Under the pieces are notes generated by a model that worked only from the letters and a program-made list of their open reading frames with translations, was not told the DNA's origin and ran no database searches. This document shows, piece by piece, positions 19,513-27,482 of a stretch of DNA of 64,000 bases (positions are counted from its first letter, which is position 1; each line of letters begins with the position of its first letter). The position numbers were made by a program, and so were the translations under genes. The stretch is taken from positions 1-64,000 of IMG/VR virus record IMGVR_UViG_3300047444_000299, one strand, 5' to 3'. This DNA comes from a virus (taxonomy: Duplodnaviria > Heunggongvirae > Uroviricota > Caudoviricetes).

Positions 19513-20321
19513 TGGAATTCAGACTGATTTCTGATACACATTTAGAATGGTATGCATCCTTTGCGATGCCGTCACTGCCACACATCAACGGTGACAAGGA
19601 ACGTGTGTTGGTCATCGCCGGGGATTTCCATACCCTGAAACGGGCTGAGAACGTTGCACCCCTGTTGACTGAATACGGCCAGAGATTCAAGGCGGTTGTG
19701 TACGTTCCGGGGAATCACGAATACTACGGCAGCGTAATCAAACCGATGTCCAACCTGTTCAATTTCCAGAAAATGAACCCGGAAGGCTTGGATAACATCC
19801 ACTTCCTGATTCGTGACTCTATCGTAATTGATGGAATTCGTTTCGTCGGGGCCACGCTCTGGACTGACATGAATGATCGCGACCCTATCGCGGAATATCA
19901 ATTGAGTACCGGAATGAACGATTTCCGGGTGATTGATTACCATGATGAAAAGTTTGATCATTATGGTAAGTTCAAGGCGCGGCACTGGCAAGCCGAGCAT
20001 CACAAGGATTTGACGTATATCGCAGAGGAAGTTGGTAATTCGATGGAACCCTGTGTGGTTGTGACACACCATCCACCAAGTGCCCGTAGTCTCGACCCAA
20101 AGTTTGCAGATGCATCAAATTACTACATGAACTACGGCTATCACTCGGTATTGGACGAATTCATTCTGGATCGCCCTAGCATCAAATTCTGGTGCCACGG
20201 CCACGTTCATATCGTTCATGACTACATGATTGGTGACACCAATGTCATTTGCAACCCGTATGGCTACCCTGATCAAGACGACACAGGGTTTCTCGAAAAA
20301 AGTTTTTACAGAATTCATTGA
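19512..20321 (+). CDS. calcineurin-like metallophosphoesterase (CpdA/Icc-like phosphodiesterase)
   Basis: MPP motifs DTHLE, AGDF, GNHEYYG, TLWTD..., VVTHHPP, HGHVH; 270 aa, the size of cAMP phosphodiesterase CpdA. Confidence 0.7.
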   Translation: MEFRLISDTHLEWYASFAMPSLPHINGDKERVLVIAGDFHTLKRAENVAPLLTEYGQRFKAVVYVPGNHEYYGSVIKPMSNLFNFQKMNPEGLDNIHFLIRDSIVIDGIRFVGATLWTDMNDRDPIAEYQLSTGMNDFRVIDYHDEKFDHYGKFKARHWQAEHHKDLTYIAEEVGNSMEPCVVVTHHPPSARSLDPKFADASNYYMNYGYHSVLDEFILDRPSIKFWCHGHVHIVHDYMIGDTNVICNPYGYPDQDDTGFLEKSFYRIH

Positions 20322-20345
20322 CATTATGTTTTGAGTCGGTAGAAT
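20318..20345 (+). promoter_or_regulatory. sigma70-like promoter TTGACA-N16-TAGAAT
   Basis: near-consensus hexamers overlapping the 3' end of the phosphoesterase gene. Confidence 0.6.
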
Positions 20346-20374
20346 GGCGATATCAAAACAAAACGGTGATTGTA

Positions 20375-20644
20375 ATGAAACAGATTAAAGCGTTCTACGC
20401 GGCAAAGGTTACCCCTGTGCTTCGCCCGGTAGCGGTCTTCTTGATCATTCTGGGTAGTGCCGCACCGGTCGGTAAAGCAATCGGTATTATGGTATATGGT
20501 TGGATTTGTGGTATGAGCCAACCTACCACGATGTACGAAGACGTATTTGTCATGATCGGTTCGGCATTCGTCGGGGTTATGACTATCGCCTATTACATGA
20601 GTGCAATTTACCGAATTATGAAAAAACATTTCGAAACTGTTTAA
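20375..20644 (+). CDS. small integral membrane protein (NfeD-like partner candidate)
   Basis: about 3 hydrophobic helices; immediately upstream of the SPFH gene. Confidence 0.5.
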   Translation: MKQIKAFYAAKVTPVLRPVAVFLIILGSAAPVGKAIGIMVYGWICGMSQPTTMYEDVFVMIGSAFVGVMTIAYYMSAIYRIMKKHFETV

Positions 20645-20688
20645 AACAGAATCAAAATGTAGTATGATGTACATGTAACCCGGTCATA

Positions 20689-22071
20689 ATGACCACAAAC
20701 AAAACAAAGGATAGATTAGTGAGCAGTATTCTCGGATTTGAAGTAAACAAGAAACTCGGTTGGATGGCTGGTGTCGCAGTCGCCGCTCTGTTGTTCGTTT
20801 GGCTCATGTTTAGCAGCATGTTCTATTACAACAGCGCTGGCTACATCACTCAGGTTCAAACCAAGTTCCCAACTCAGGGTGAAAAGGTTGTTAGCACTAC
20901 AGGTTACACCTACATCGGTTTCGGTACGGTAACCCCGTGGCCCCGTCAGATGTCGGTTCAATCTGTTCTGGATACATCGACATTGCCGAAAGGTGACTTC
21001 GACGGATTGGGTTCTTCTCTGATTCCAGCCTTCGGCGTAACGTTCCTTGGTGGTGTGGTTGCCACGGTTGATGCAAACGTTCGTGTGGCCCTGCCAGAAG
21101 GTGAAACCTTCCTGCAACTGGCTCGAACCTACCGCACCCCGGACAACTTTGTTCTGCAATCGATCATGCCGGTAATGAAATCTACGCTGCAATCGACTGC
21201 CCAGTTGATGACCGCCGATGATTACTACAACGGACGTTCGACTGAATTCCGTCAGAGCTTTCAAGATCAAATCACCGATGGTTCGTATGTTGTGAGCCGC
21301 GTTGAAAAACAAGTCAAGAACACCCGTGCTGCGGCTCAAGGTGCAATCGTACAGAATGGTACAGCTCAAGGTGAATTCGGCGGCGACACCACTACTGTTG
21401 TGACCACCGAAAAGGTACTCGACCCAAAATCCGGTCTGCCGATTCGTCTGGAACGTCAGTTCTCGAAACTCGGTGTAACCGTAGCCGATGCGAACATTTT
21501 GAACATCGATCCGTCGCCTCAGTTCAAAGAGCGTATGAAAGCGGTTCAACAGTCGCAAGCTGATTTGTCTATTGCTCGCCAAGGTCGTCAGACTGCCGAC
21601 GAACAAAAGAAATTGGTTACCGCCAAGGGTGAAATGGAAGTTGAGCAGAAACGCCAAACTACCATGAAAGATCAGGTTGAACGTACCACCAACGCCGAAA
21701 CCGAAAAGCAATTGGCACTGACCAATGCTAATCGTGAGCAGGAAAAGGCTTCGATTGAGAAAGCAACTTCTCAGATCAAATACGAACAAGCCCAGATTGA
21801 TGCAAAGACCACCAAAGAGAAAGCCGAAGCCGAGGCGTATGCCAAGAAAGCGGTAATCATGGCGGATGGTGCTTTGACTCAGAAACTGGCGGCGCGTGTT
21901 GAAATCGAAAAGGTTTGGGCTAACGCATTCGAACATGCCAAGGTTCCACAACTGGTTATGGGTGGTTCTGGTGATGGCACTGGTCGTCAATCCGATGCAC
22001 AAACCCTGCAACAACTGGTAGGTATCAAAGCTGCGAAAGACCTCATGCTGGATATGAAAGTCTCTCAATAA
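20689..22071 (+). CDS. SPFH/band-7 (flotillin/HflKC-like) membrane protein with long C-terminal coiled coil
   Basis: N-terminal TM helix; SPFH-like core; Ala/Glu/Lys/Gln-rich coiled coil; alternative GTG start at 20720 has a better SD. Confidence 0.65.
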   Translation: MTTNKTKDRLVSSILGFEVNKKLGWMAGVAVAALLFVWLMFSSMFYYNSAGYITQVQTKFPTQGEKVVSTTGYTYIGFGTVTPWPRQMSVQSVLDTSTLPKGDFDGLGSSLIPAFGVTFLGGVVATVDANVRVALPEGETFLQLARTYRTPDNFVLQSIMPVMKSTLQSTAQLMTADDYYNGRSTEFRQSFQDQITDGSYVVSRVEKQVKNTRAAAQGAIVQNGTAQGEFGGDTTTVVTTEKVLDPKSGLPIRLERQFSKLGVTVADANILNIDPSPQFKERMKAVQQSQADLSIARQGRQTADEQKKLVTAKGEMEVEQKRQTTMKDQVERTTNAETEKQLALTNANREQEKASIEKATSQIKYEQAQIDAKTTKEKAEAEAYAKKAVIMADGALTQKLAARVEIEKVWANAFEHAKVPQLVMGGSGDGTGRQSDAQTLQQLVGIKAAKDLMLDMKVSQ

Positions 22072-22087
22072 TCAAAATTGAATAAGG

Positions 22088-22110
22088 AACCCGGCGAAAG
22101 TCGGGTTTTT
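22088..22110 (+). terminator. rho-independent terminator (family B: ACCCGGCGAAAGTCGGGTTTTT)
   Basis: hairpin + T-tract; identical sequence recurs at 53551 and 55893. Confidence 0.75.
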
Positions 22111-22113
22111 AAT

Positions 22114-22386
22114 ATGAAAAAGATCCCAAATTTGTTTCTAAAAGGTTTCGCCTCGGTACGTGCTAATGACGGTTTCCAATTTGGTGTAACCGGTCACAGT
22201 ACGATGATCGTCAAGCGACGTTTCACCGAAAACTTCAAATCGCATTACACCAAGTTCGATGATCAAACCGATTATATTCTGGTTCAACCTGTCAACCCGG
22301 TGGCCCTGAAAGGCTTCTTGAATGACATGAAAGGCACCAACGTAAGCGGCGACGAGCTGATTCGTCTTTTGATGGAACAGCTTTGA
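22114..22386 (+). CDS. hypothetical protein
   Basis: ATG immediately after the terminator; 90 aa. Confidence 0.45.
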   Translation: MKKIPNLFLKGFASVRANDGFQFGVTGHSTMIVKRRFTENFKSHYTKFDDQTDYILVQPVNPVALKGFLNDMKGTNVSGDELIRLLMEQL

Positions 22387-22979
22387 TCGTCACCGGTATT
22401 GGCTCTAGGGATATTGATGCAATCCAATTTGAGATTTGTCAGAAAGTCGCTAGAGTCTTCGCTAATAAAGGCTGGCATTTGCGGTCTGGTGGTGCTAGAG
22501 GCGCGGATAGTGCTTGGGAATTGGGATTTTCCGAATCTGATCGAAAGACAATCTATCTCCCAGAACCAAATTTCAACGGTCGCCCTAATACCGGGTGTTA
22601 TAAAGTCCCTGATACATTCGGGGATGTTTGGTTCGAAGCCCGCGAAATAGCAAGCCGACTTCATACCCGATTTGATCAACTCGATGAATTTGGACAGAAC
22701 GCCCATACCCGCAACGTGTTTCAGGTATTAGGTGACGACCTCAAGTCAAAAGCTGATTTGGTCGTCGTGTGTGCCCCACCAAGAGGCAAAACGGTCAAGG
22801 GTGGTACGGCTACAGCGTTCAATCTTGCAAAGGGCTTGAGAATCACCACATTCAATCTCTGGGAGCCCCAAGATCGGGAAGCCCTTTATAAAATCTACGC
22901 ACAGGAATTGATGCATGAACTCGCTCAGCGTTCCAACACCGGTCACGATCTTTTCGCAGCGTGTGTTGATTCACCTTAA
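22383..22979 (+). CDS. SLOG/DprA-like Rossmann-fold protein (standalone)
   Basis: GIGSRD...GWHLRSGGARGADSAWELG...TIYLPEP...VVVCAPP pattern typical of DprA/LOG/SLOG domains. Confidence 0.55.
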   Translation: MIVTGIGSRDIDAIQFEICQKVARVFANKGWHLRSGGARGADSAWELGFSESDRKTIYLPEPNFNGRPNTGCYKVPDTFGDVWFEAREIASRLHTRFDQLDEFGQNAHTRNVFQVLGDDLKSKADLVVVCAPPRGKTVKGGTATAFNLAKGLRITTFNLWEPQDREALYKIYAQELMHELAQRSNTGHDLFAACVDSP

Positions 22980-23007
22980 CGAAATCAAAGAAGTCATCGC
23001 CAAGGCG

Positions 23008-23217
23008 ATGGTTAACGCCCCGGTAACCGGGTTGAATCGAAAATCCCTCAAGCTGGAATTTGATGTAAAGGTTTCACCTGCATGTTGGGATTTCTTCGAG
23101 GCGAACGGTCACGATTTGCTGTATCTCGGTGGCTGGGAATTCAACGAATTCAATATGGGTGAGGATTTCACAATCGAAATCGGTATTACCGGCACCTACG
23201 AATCCAGCTTTCGATAA
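23008..23217 (+). CDS. hypothetical protein
   Basis: start uncertain (ORF extends upstream to 22915). Confidence 0.3.
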   Translation: MVNAPVTGLNRKSLKLEFDVKVSPACWDFFEANGHDLLYLGGWEFNEFNMGEDFTIEIGITGTYESSFR

Positions 23218-23233
23218 TTATTTTTCGATTCTG

Positions 23234-23262
23234 TTTATTACAACTCAAAACTGATATAGAAT
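23234..23262 (+). promoter_or_regulatory. sigma70-like promoter TTTATT-N17-TAGAAT (possibly leaderless)
   Basis: -10 ends 6 nt before ATG 23269 and there is no SD. Confidence 0.4.
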
Positions 23263-23268
23263 AGGCTC

Positions 23269-23571
23269 ATGAGCAAACAACTAAGCAATACATTGGTGCA
23301 ATATTCGGCGGTAGCTGATACCCAAAAGATCAAACTGAATATCGGTGATGTTCGGGATCTGACTGCCCGCAAGACCTTCTACGAATCCGCAACTGTTTCG
23401 GCTATCACCATCCTCAGTTGGGTTGCCGACAATCTGCCGATTTCGTTTGAAGAACGCAAAAACATCGAAGCCCTGATTCAATCGGTGGCGAAAGAACCGG
23501 GTTTGGACAAAATCGAGCTGTCTGAGCAGCTTAACACCCTGTTGGCGATTGCCAACCACTACACCAAGTAA
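23269..23571 (+). CDS. hypothetical protein
   Basis: 100 aa ORF. Confidence 0.45.
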   Translation: MSKQLSNTLVQYSAVADTQKIKLNIGDVRDLTARKTFYESATVSAITILSWVADNLPISFEERKNIEALIQSVAKEPGLDKIELSEQLNTLLAIANHYTK

Positions 23572-23579
23572 GGTATTTG

Positions 23580-23939
23580 ATGAAAAGTCAAAAAGGCAAT
23601 TCGGCGGTTGAATTACTGATCTACGGCGCAATTCTGATGGTGATCCTGTTGTTTGGCGGTGCCAAAGCGATTCTGTATCTGGCTACCGGCAATGATGTGG
23701 TTGTCACTGTGTCCGACAAGGGCGAACGCTGTAAGTCGGTCGGCAACTGCACGTACCTGATTTATACCGATCATGGCACATTCGAGAACCGAGATTCGTG
23801 GTTGAATTGGAAATTCAATTCGTCCGACATCTACGGCGATATCAAGCGTGATACCAAGTATCAGTTCCATACCAATGGTATTCGCGTACCGTTCCTGAGC
23901 TGGTATCCAAACATTTCTAAGGTACAGGAAGTCAAGTAA
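23580..23939 (+). CDS. hypothetical membrane-anchored/secreted protein
   Basis: N-terminal hydrophobic segment (AVELLIYGAILMVILLFGGA). Confidence 0.45.
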   Translation: MKSQKGNSAVELLIYGAILMVILLFGGAKAILYLATGNDVVVTVSDKGERCKSVGNCTYLIYTDHGTFENRDSWLNWKFNSSDIYGDIKRDTKYQFHTNGIRVPFLSWYPNISKVQEVK

Positions 23940-24421
23940 TGGGAACACTTCTGGGTGGTATTTTCGCAGTCGCCGCATTGGCACATCAATTTGATGTGGA
24001 CAAGGGTGGTAAGGCATACATCCTGCATTGCATTACCGTAATGCAGAATGCTCAAAAGATGGGCGTTACCAGCGAAGTCAGTCTTGCACTCGCGGCTTGC
24101 CATGATGTCAAGGAAGACCACCCGGAACTGCTTCAACATTTATTGATTCATGCCAAAGCCCACGGTGTCATTGACGAATTCGAATCTGGTCTGGATTTAC
24201 TGACCCGGCGCCCTGATGAATCCTATGAGGATTTCATCAAACGCATTATCGCATCGGGCAGGATCGACATTATTCGGATTAAAAAGGCCGATCTTAAACA
24301 CAACTCCTGCATTACAAGGCTCAAGGGCGTGCGTCCTAGCGATATCGCTAGGATTCAGACCTACCACAAAGCTTGGATGGAATTGGAGAACACGGAAAAA
24401 AATCTGAATGTTGTTATCTGA
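23939..24421 (+). CDS. HD-domain phosphohydrolase, SpoT/Mesh1-like small alarmone hydrolase candidate
   Basis: H...LALAACHDVKED motif equals the RelA/SpoT hydrolase LLHDVVED signature; 160 aa, the size of SAH enzymes. Confidence 0.6.
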   Translation: MGTLLGGIFAVAALAHQFDVDKGGKAYILHCITVMQNAQKMGVTSEVSLALAACHDVKEDHPELLQHLLIHAKAHGVIDEFESGLDLLTRRPDESYEDFIKRIIASGRIDIIRIKKADLKHNSCITRLKGVRPSDIARIQTYHKAWMELENTEKNLNVVI

Positions 24422-24599
24422 TTATAAAAAATTGCTTGCAAGTCACGACTGGTTCTATCAGTATAGCGATGACGGCAAGGTGTATCGCTCGGGGAGAGCA
24501 GCGTTTGAGACACTTTGCCGTCAACAGGCAATTTTGGATTTGGACGCTTCGATCTGGAACGAACATTGCCCACCTGATTACAAGCTGTACAAAAAATAA
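24408..24599 (+). CDS. hypothetical small protein
   Basis: 63 aa. Confidence 0.3.
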   Translation: MLLSDYKKLLASHDWFYQYSDDGKVYRSGRAAFETLCRQQAILDLDASIWNEHCPPDYKLYKK

Positions 24600-24632
24600 C
24601 CAAAAACATAAAGCATTAGGAGCAGGGTCGGA

Positions 24633-25466
24633 ATGGGCGCAGTTGCGGCAGTTGCAGATATGGGTTGTGCAGAAAGTGTTTGCATTTCCTTTGCAGGTGG
24701 TGTAGTCAAATTTGGTCCGTCCTACGACGATCTGGTACATCAAGCAGTCGATGATGTCAAGGTCATCCAAGGGGATGTCCGCAACCTTCCGAAGAATTTG
24801 ATTAAAATCTTCGACAAGTATGCAACCAAGCAATCGCTCGGCAGCGAGTTTACTCCCTGCGATGATGTCGGAGATAGTGGGTACGACATCGAATTTATCT
24901 CCGAAGTGTTGGGTAAGTGCTTTATTTTCATCGGGAATGGCTCGTTCGCGGAGGTTTTCAGCATCGACCCTGAATGGGTGCTGAAAGTCAACTGCCATGA
25001 CAACTTTCATTCGCCGGTTGACGGTGGGTTTGGGTGGATGAAGACCTGCACCAAGCATCAAGGGAACCCGTACATTCCTAACCTTTCATCGATTGAACAG
25101 CGTGGACATCTGTACATCGCTGTGGTAGAGCATCTGCATTTGGGTGTTGGCCTGTCGTTTGAGGATGGTTCGCTGGGTGACCTGTCAGAAGAATCCTATA
25201 GCCCTGACTTTGATGTAAACCTGTACATGGACGAAGCTGAATTTACATTCGGCCAGTTCATCAAACACAGCCCAAAAGATGCAATTGAAGCAGCTCGGGT
25301 TTACGAATCACATCGTAAAGATGTACGCGGCTGTGATGACATCAGCCGGGACAATGTTATGCACCGGGGCGGGTTTCCGGTACTGACAGACCCGATCTGT
25401 GATACAGGTAGTGGCTATACGCAATTGGAACAAGGCTCGTCGTTTTCATGGATGTCGAAAAACTGA
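24633..25466 (+). CDS. protein-kinase-fold protein 1 (APH/ePK-like)
   Basis: Gly-rich loop IGNGSFAEVF, VLKV lysine, catalytic DDISRDN, metal-binding LTDPI. Confidence 0.5.
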   Translation: MGAVAAVADMGCAESVCISFAGGVVKFGPSYDDLVHQAVDDVKVIQGDVRNLPKNLIKIFDKYATKQSLGSEFTPCDDVGDSGYDIEFISEVLGKCFIFIGNGSFAEVFSIDPEWVLKVNCHDNFHSPVDGGFGWMKTCTKHQGNPYIPNLSSIEQRGHLYIAVVEHLHLGVGLSFEDGSLGDLSEESYSPDFDVNLYMDEAEFTFGQFIKHSPKDAIEAARVYESHRKDVRGCDDISRDNVMHRGGFPVLTDPICDTGSGYTQLEQGSSFSWMSKN

Positions 25467-26059
25467 TTGATTGTCTAATTACTGGTGATTTGCAGGGGGC
25501 ATTCCAACATGCTCCCCGCGTTTTCCACGAAACCCTAGAGCTGCAACGCTTGATGCCGGTGGGTTGGAAATATCACGGAACAGGGTTCTACTCGTCGGTG
25601 ATTGGGCAAATTGATTCTGATAAGGTGTTCAAGCTGTCGTGGAAAGGGTCCGATCCTTGGATTCAGTACGCGGAGCATGTAACCCGGCATATGGATTTAA
25701 ATCCATTGATGCCGAAAATTTATAATCTGGTTGTAGATGATGGTCGAGCAATTGCCTGTATGGAACGGCTCTATGAGTCTGAAATCGTTCATAGTGTTGG
25801 TATGTCGAATGTTGTAAAACTCTGTAGAAATCAATGGTTTAGCAATCAGTTTAAAACTCTGAATGCCAAGCGAAAGAAAATTGCAGATTTTTTGCGATAT
25901 CAGTTTGACATGCGCGGGAACCGGAATTACAATACAAACAACCTAGCAGATATTGTGATTTGGATGGCTGGGTTACCGGATGCGAAAGTGGATTGTCACG
26001 GGTCAAACTGGATGATTCGCACCACCGGACAACTCGTTCTTACCGATCCAATTGGATAA
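25448..26059 (+). CDS. protein-kinase-fold protein 2 (paralog of upstream gene)
   Basis: HGTGFYSSVI G-loop, VFKL lysine, catalytic VDCHGSNWMI (HxDxxxxN), LVLTDPI. Confidence 0.5.
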   Translation: MDVEKLIDCLITGDLQGAFQHAPRVFHETLELQRLMPVGWKYHGTGFYSSVIGQIDSDKVFKLSWKGSDPWIQYAEHVTRHMDLNPLMPKIYNLVVDDGRAIACMERLYESEIVHSVGMSNVVKLCRNQWFSNQFKTLNAKRKKIADFLRYQFDMRGNRNYNTNNLADIVIWMAGLPDAKVDCHGSNWMIRTTGQLVLTDPIG

Positions 26060-26074
26060 ACAAAGGAAATTGTT

Positions 26075-26467
26075 ATGAAAACTTCTATGATGGTATTGGC
26101 ACTTGCACTCGGTTCTCTGGCACTGACAGGCTGTGCCTCGAAACAAGACGAACAGCACAGCGAAGCTCGAACCGATGGTACGCGGGTATTCTACAACTGC
26201 TCGTCCCTCATTCAGAAACAGTTGGTGATCCAACAGTTCAACCAATGCTACCTGAATGGGCCGAAGACCAAAGAAAACCGATTCGACTGTGAAGAAGTCG
26301 CCCGGTCGATGGCATGTGATCGGATGGTGGAAATCACCCGGAGCGAACCAGCTCCGGTTCAAGCACCGGCCCCTGTAGTAGTCTCCCCGGTGGTGATTTC
26401 GCCCCCAGCTTCGGTGGTACAGGTTAACCCTGTTCCAACCCCGGCCCCAGTGGCAACCGTTCAGTAA
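26075..26467 (+). CDS. lipoprotein with Pro-rich C-terminal tail
   Basis: signal peptide + lipobox LALTGC; PAPVQAPAPVVVSPVV tail. Confidence 0.6.
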   Translation: MKTSMMVLALALGSLALTGCASKQDEQHSEARTDGTRVFYNCSSLIQKQLVIQQFNQCYLNGPKTKENRFDCEEVARSMACDRMVEITRSEPAPVQAPAPVVVSPVVISPPASVVQVNPVPTPAPVATVQ

Positions 26468-26487
26468 TACAACCCAACCCCTCAAAG

Positions 26488-26510
26488 GGCGGCGTTAGCC
26501 GCCTTTTTTA
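26488..26510 (+). terminator. rho-independent terminator
   Basis: GGCGGC-GTTA-GCCGCC + TTTTTT. Confidence 0.8.
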
Positions 26511-26527
26511 TTGCTCGGAATAATTTG

Positions 26528-26845
26528 ATGCAACCTATAATTGATAAAATCGACCAGCCGTATAAGGTTGGTGACATCGTTGTTTATTCGGCCCTGAAAG
26601 GTCAATCGGCGGTTACCCAAATTCATGTGGTTCGAAAGGTCGATGAAAAGAAGGGGAATGTCAGTACCCATAAATTAGGTCGAGTACGCGATTCGCAACC
26701 ACCTTATGCATACATCGGCCCGTATTATGTGGTTGGTGATCGCAAGTCCTGTATCCAAACCCCATCCCGTGGTGTAATTCTTCCACCCGGTTACATTCAG
26801 TTCGTGGATGAAACCCATCCTGATATGAGCCCATATTCACACTAA
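26528..26845 (+). CDS. hypothetical protein
   Basis: 105 aa. Confidence 0.45.
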   Translation: MQPIIDKIDQPYKVGDIVVYSALKGQSAVTQIHVVRKVDEKKGNVSTHKLGRVRDSQPPYAYIGPYYVVGDRKSCIQTPSRGVILPPGYIQFVDETHPDMSPYSH

Positions 26846-26849
26846 ACTG

Positions 26850-26878
26850 TTTGTAATTCTGTTTCGGTATGGTATTAT
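26850..26878 (+). promoter_or_regulatory. sigma70-like promoter TTTGTA-N17-TATTAT within inverted repeat TTCTGTTT/AAACAGAA
   Basis: pattern as in other early promoters here. Confidence 0.4.
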
Positions 26879-26908
26879 GGTCGTACCAAAACAGAATGGG
26901 TGTCGGTA

Positions 26909-27187
26909 ATGCTTGTTGACAGATTTGGCAGAGAAATGTATCCGGGTGACTGGTTTATTCGAATGGATCAAAACAATGAAGGTCGTCTGTACCTCATTGA
27001 AGGTTATCCGAAAGAAGGTCATGTAGCCGTCCATGAACACTTACCGGCATTTGCCGGTGCGTATCCGCGTGACAAGATCCAGTCTTATACCCCGGCACGT
27101 TTGAAACAGGTGATCAAACTCCCACGTTTCGCTCTCTGGTATCCGAAAGAGCTATTGCCGAAGGTGGTTGCATCCAATGAGCAATAG
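26909..27187 (+). CDS. hypothetical protein
   Basis: 92 aa. Confidence 0.4.
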   Translation: MLVDRFGREMYPGDWFIRMDQNNEGRLYLIEGYPKEGHVAVHEHLPAFAGAYPRDKIQSYTPARLKQVIKLPRFALWYPKELLPKVVASNEQ

Positions 27188-27482
27188 CCGTCGCAAATTC
27201 CTTTGCATGGATTGTAAAGTGGATACCGGTAAAATCGGTGAGCATTACATGCTGGCCGATTCGACTTGGAATTTGATCCATGATTCTAATAAAGGTATGC
27301 TCTGTATTGGTTGTGTCGAATCCCGATTGGGGCGCCAGCTAATCAGTACAGATTTCAATGATTCTCATGTAAACAAACCGTTTCCGGGGAAATTTTTCAG
27401 TGGACGACTCCACAATCGAATTAACAATATCGAAATTGATGCAAATCGAACAGGCCACCAGAGCGTTAGAAGCGCTGCGTGA
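27177..27482 (+). CDS. hypothetical Zn-ribbon protein
   Basis: CMDC...CIGC cysteine pairs. Confidence 0.4.
   Translation: MSNSRRKFLCMDCKVDTGKIGEHYMLADSTWNLIHDSNKGMLCIGCVESRLGRQLISTDFNDSHVNKPFPGKFFSGRLHNRINNIEIDANRTGHQSVRSAA

Noticed and set aside
20716-22068. 450-aa minus-strand ORF
   Set aside because: It fully overlaps the + strand SPFH gene, whose product has a TM anchor, an SPFH core and a coiled coil. The minus-strand product is low-complexity (R/G/L/F-rich), the typical shadow of a coiled-coil coding frame. Every supported gene in the window is on the + strand.
24414-25061. 215-aa minus-strand ORF
   Set aside because: It overlaps the + strand kinase-fold gene, which has coherent catalytic motifs and a tandem paralog. 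The minus-strand product has no motifs.
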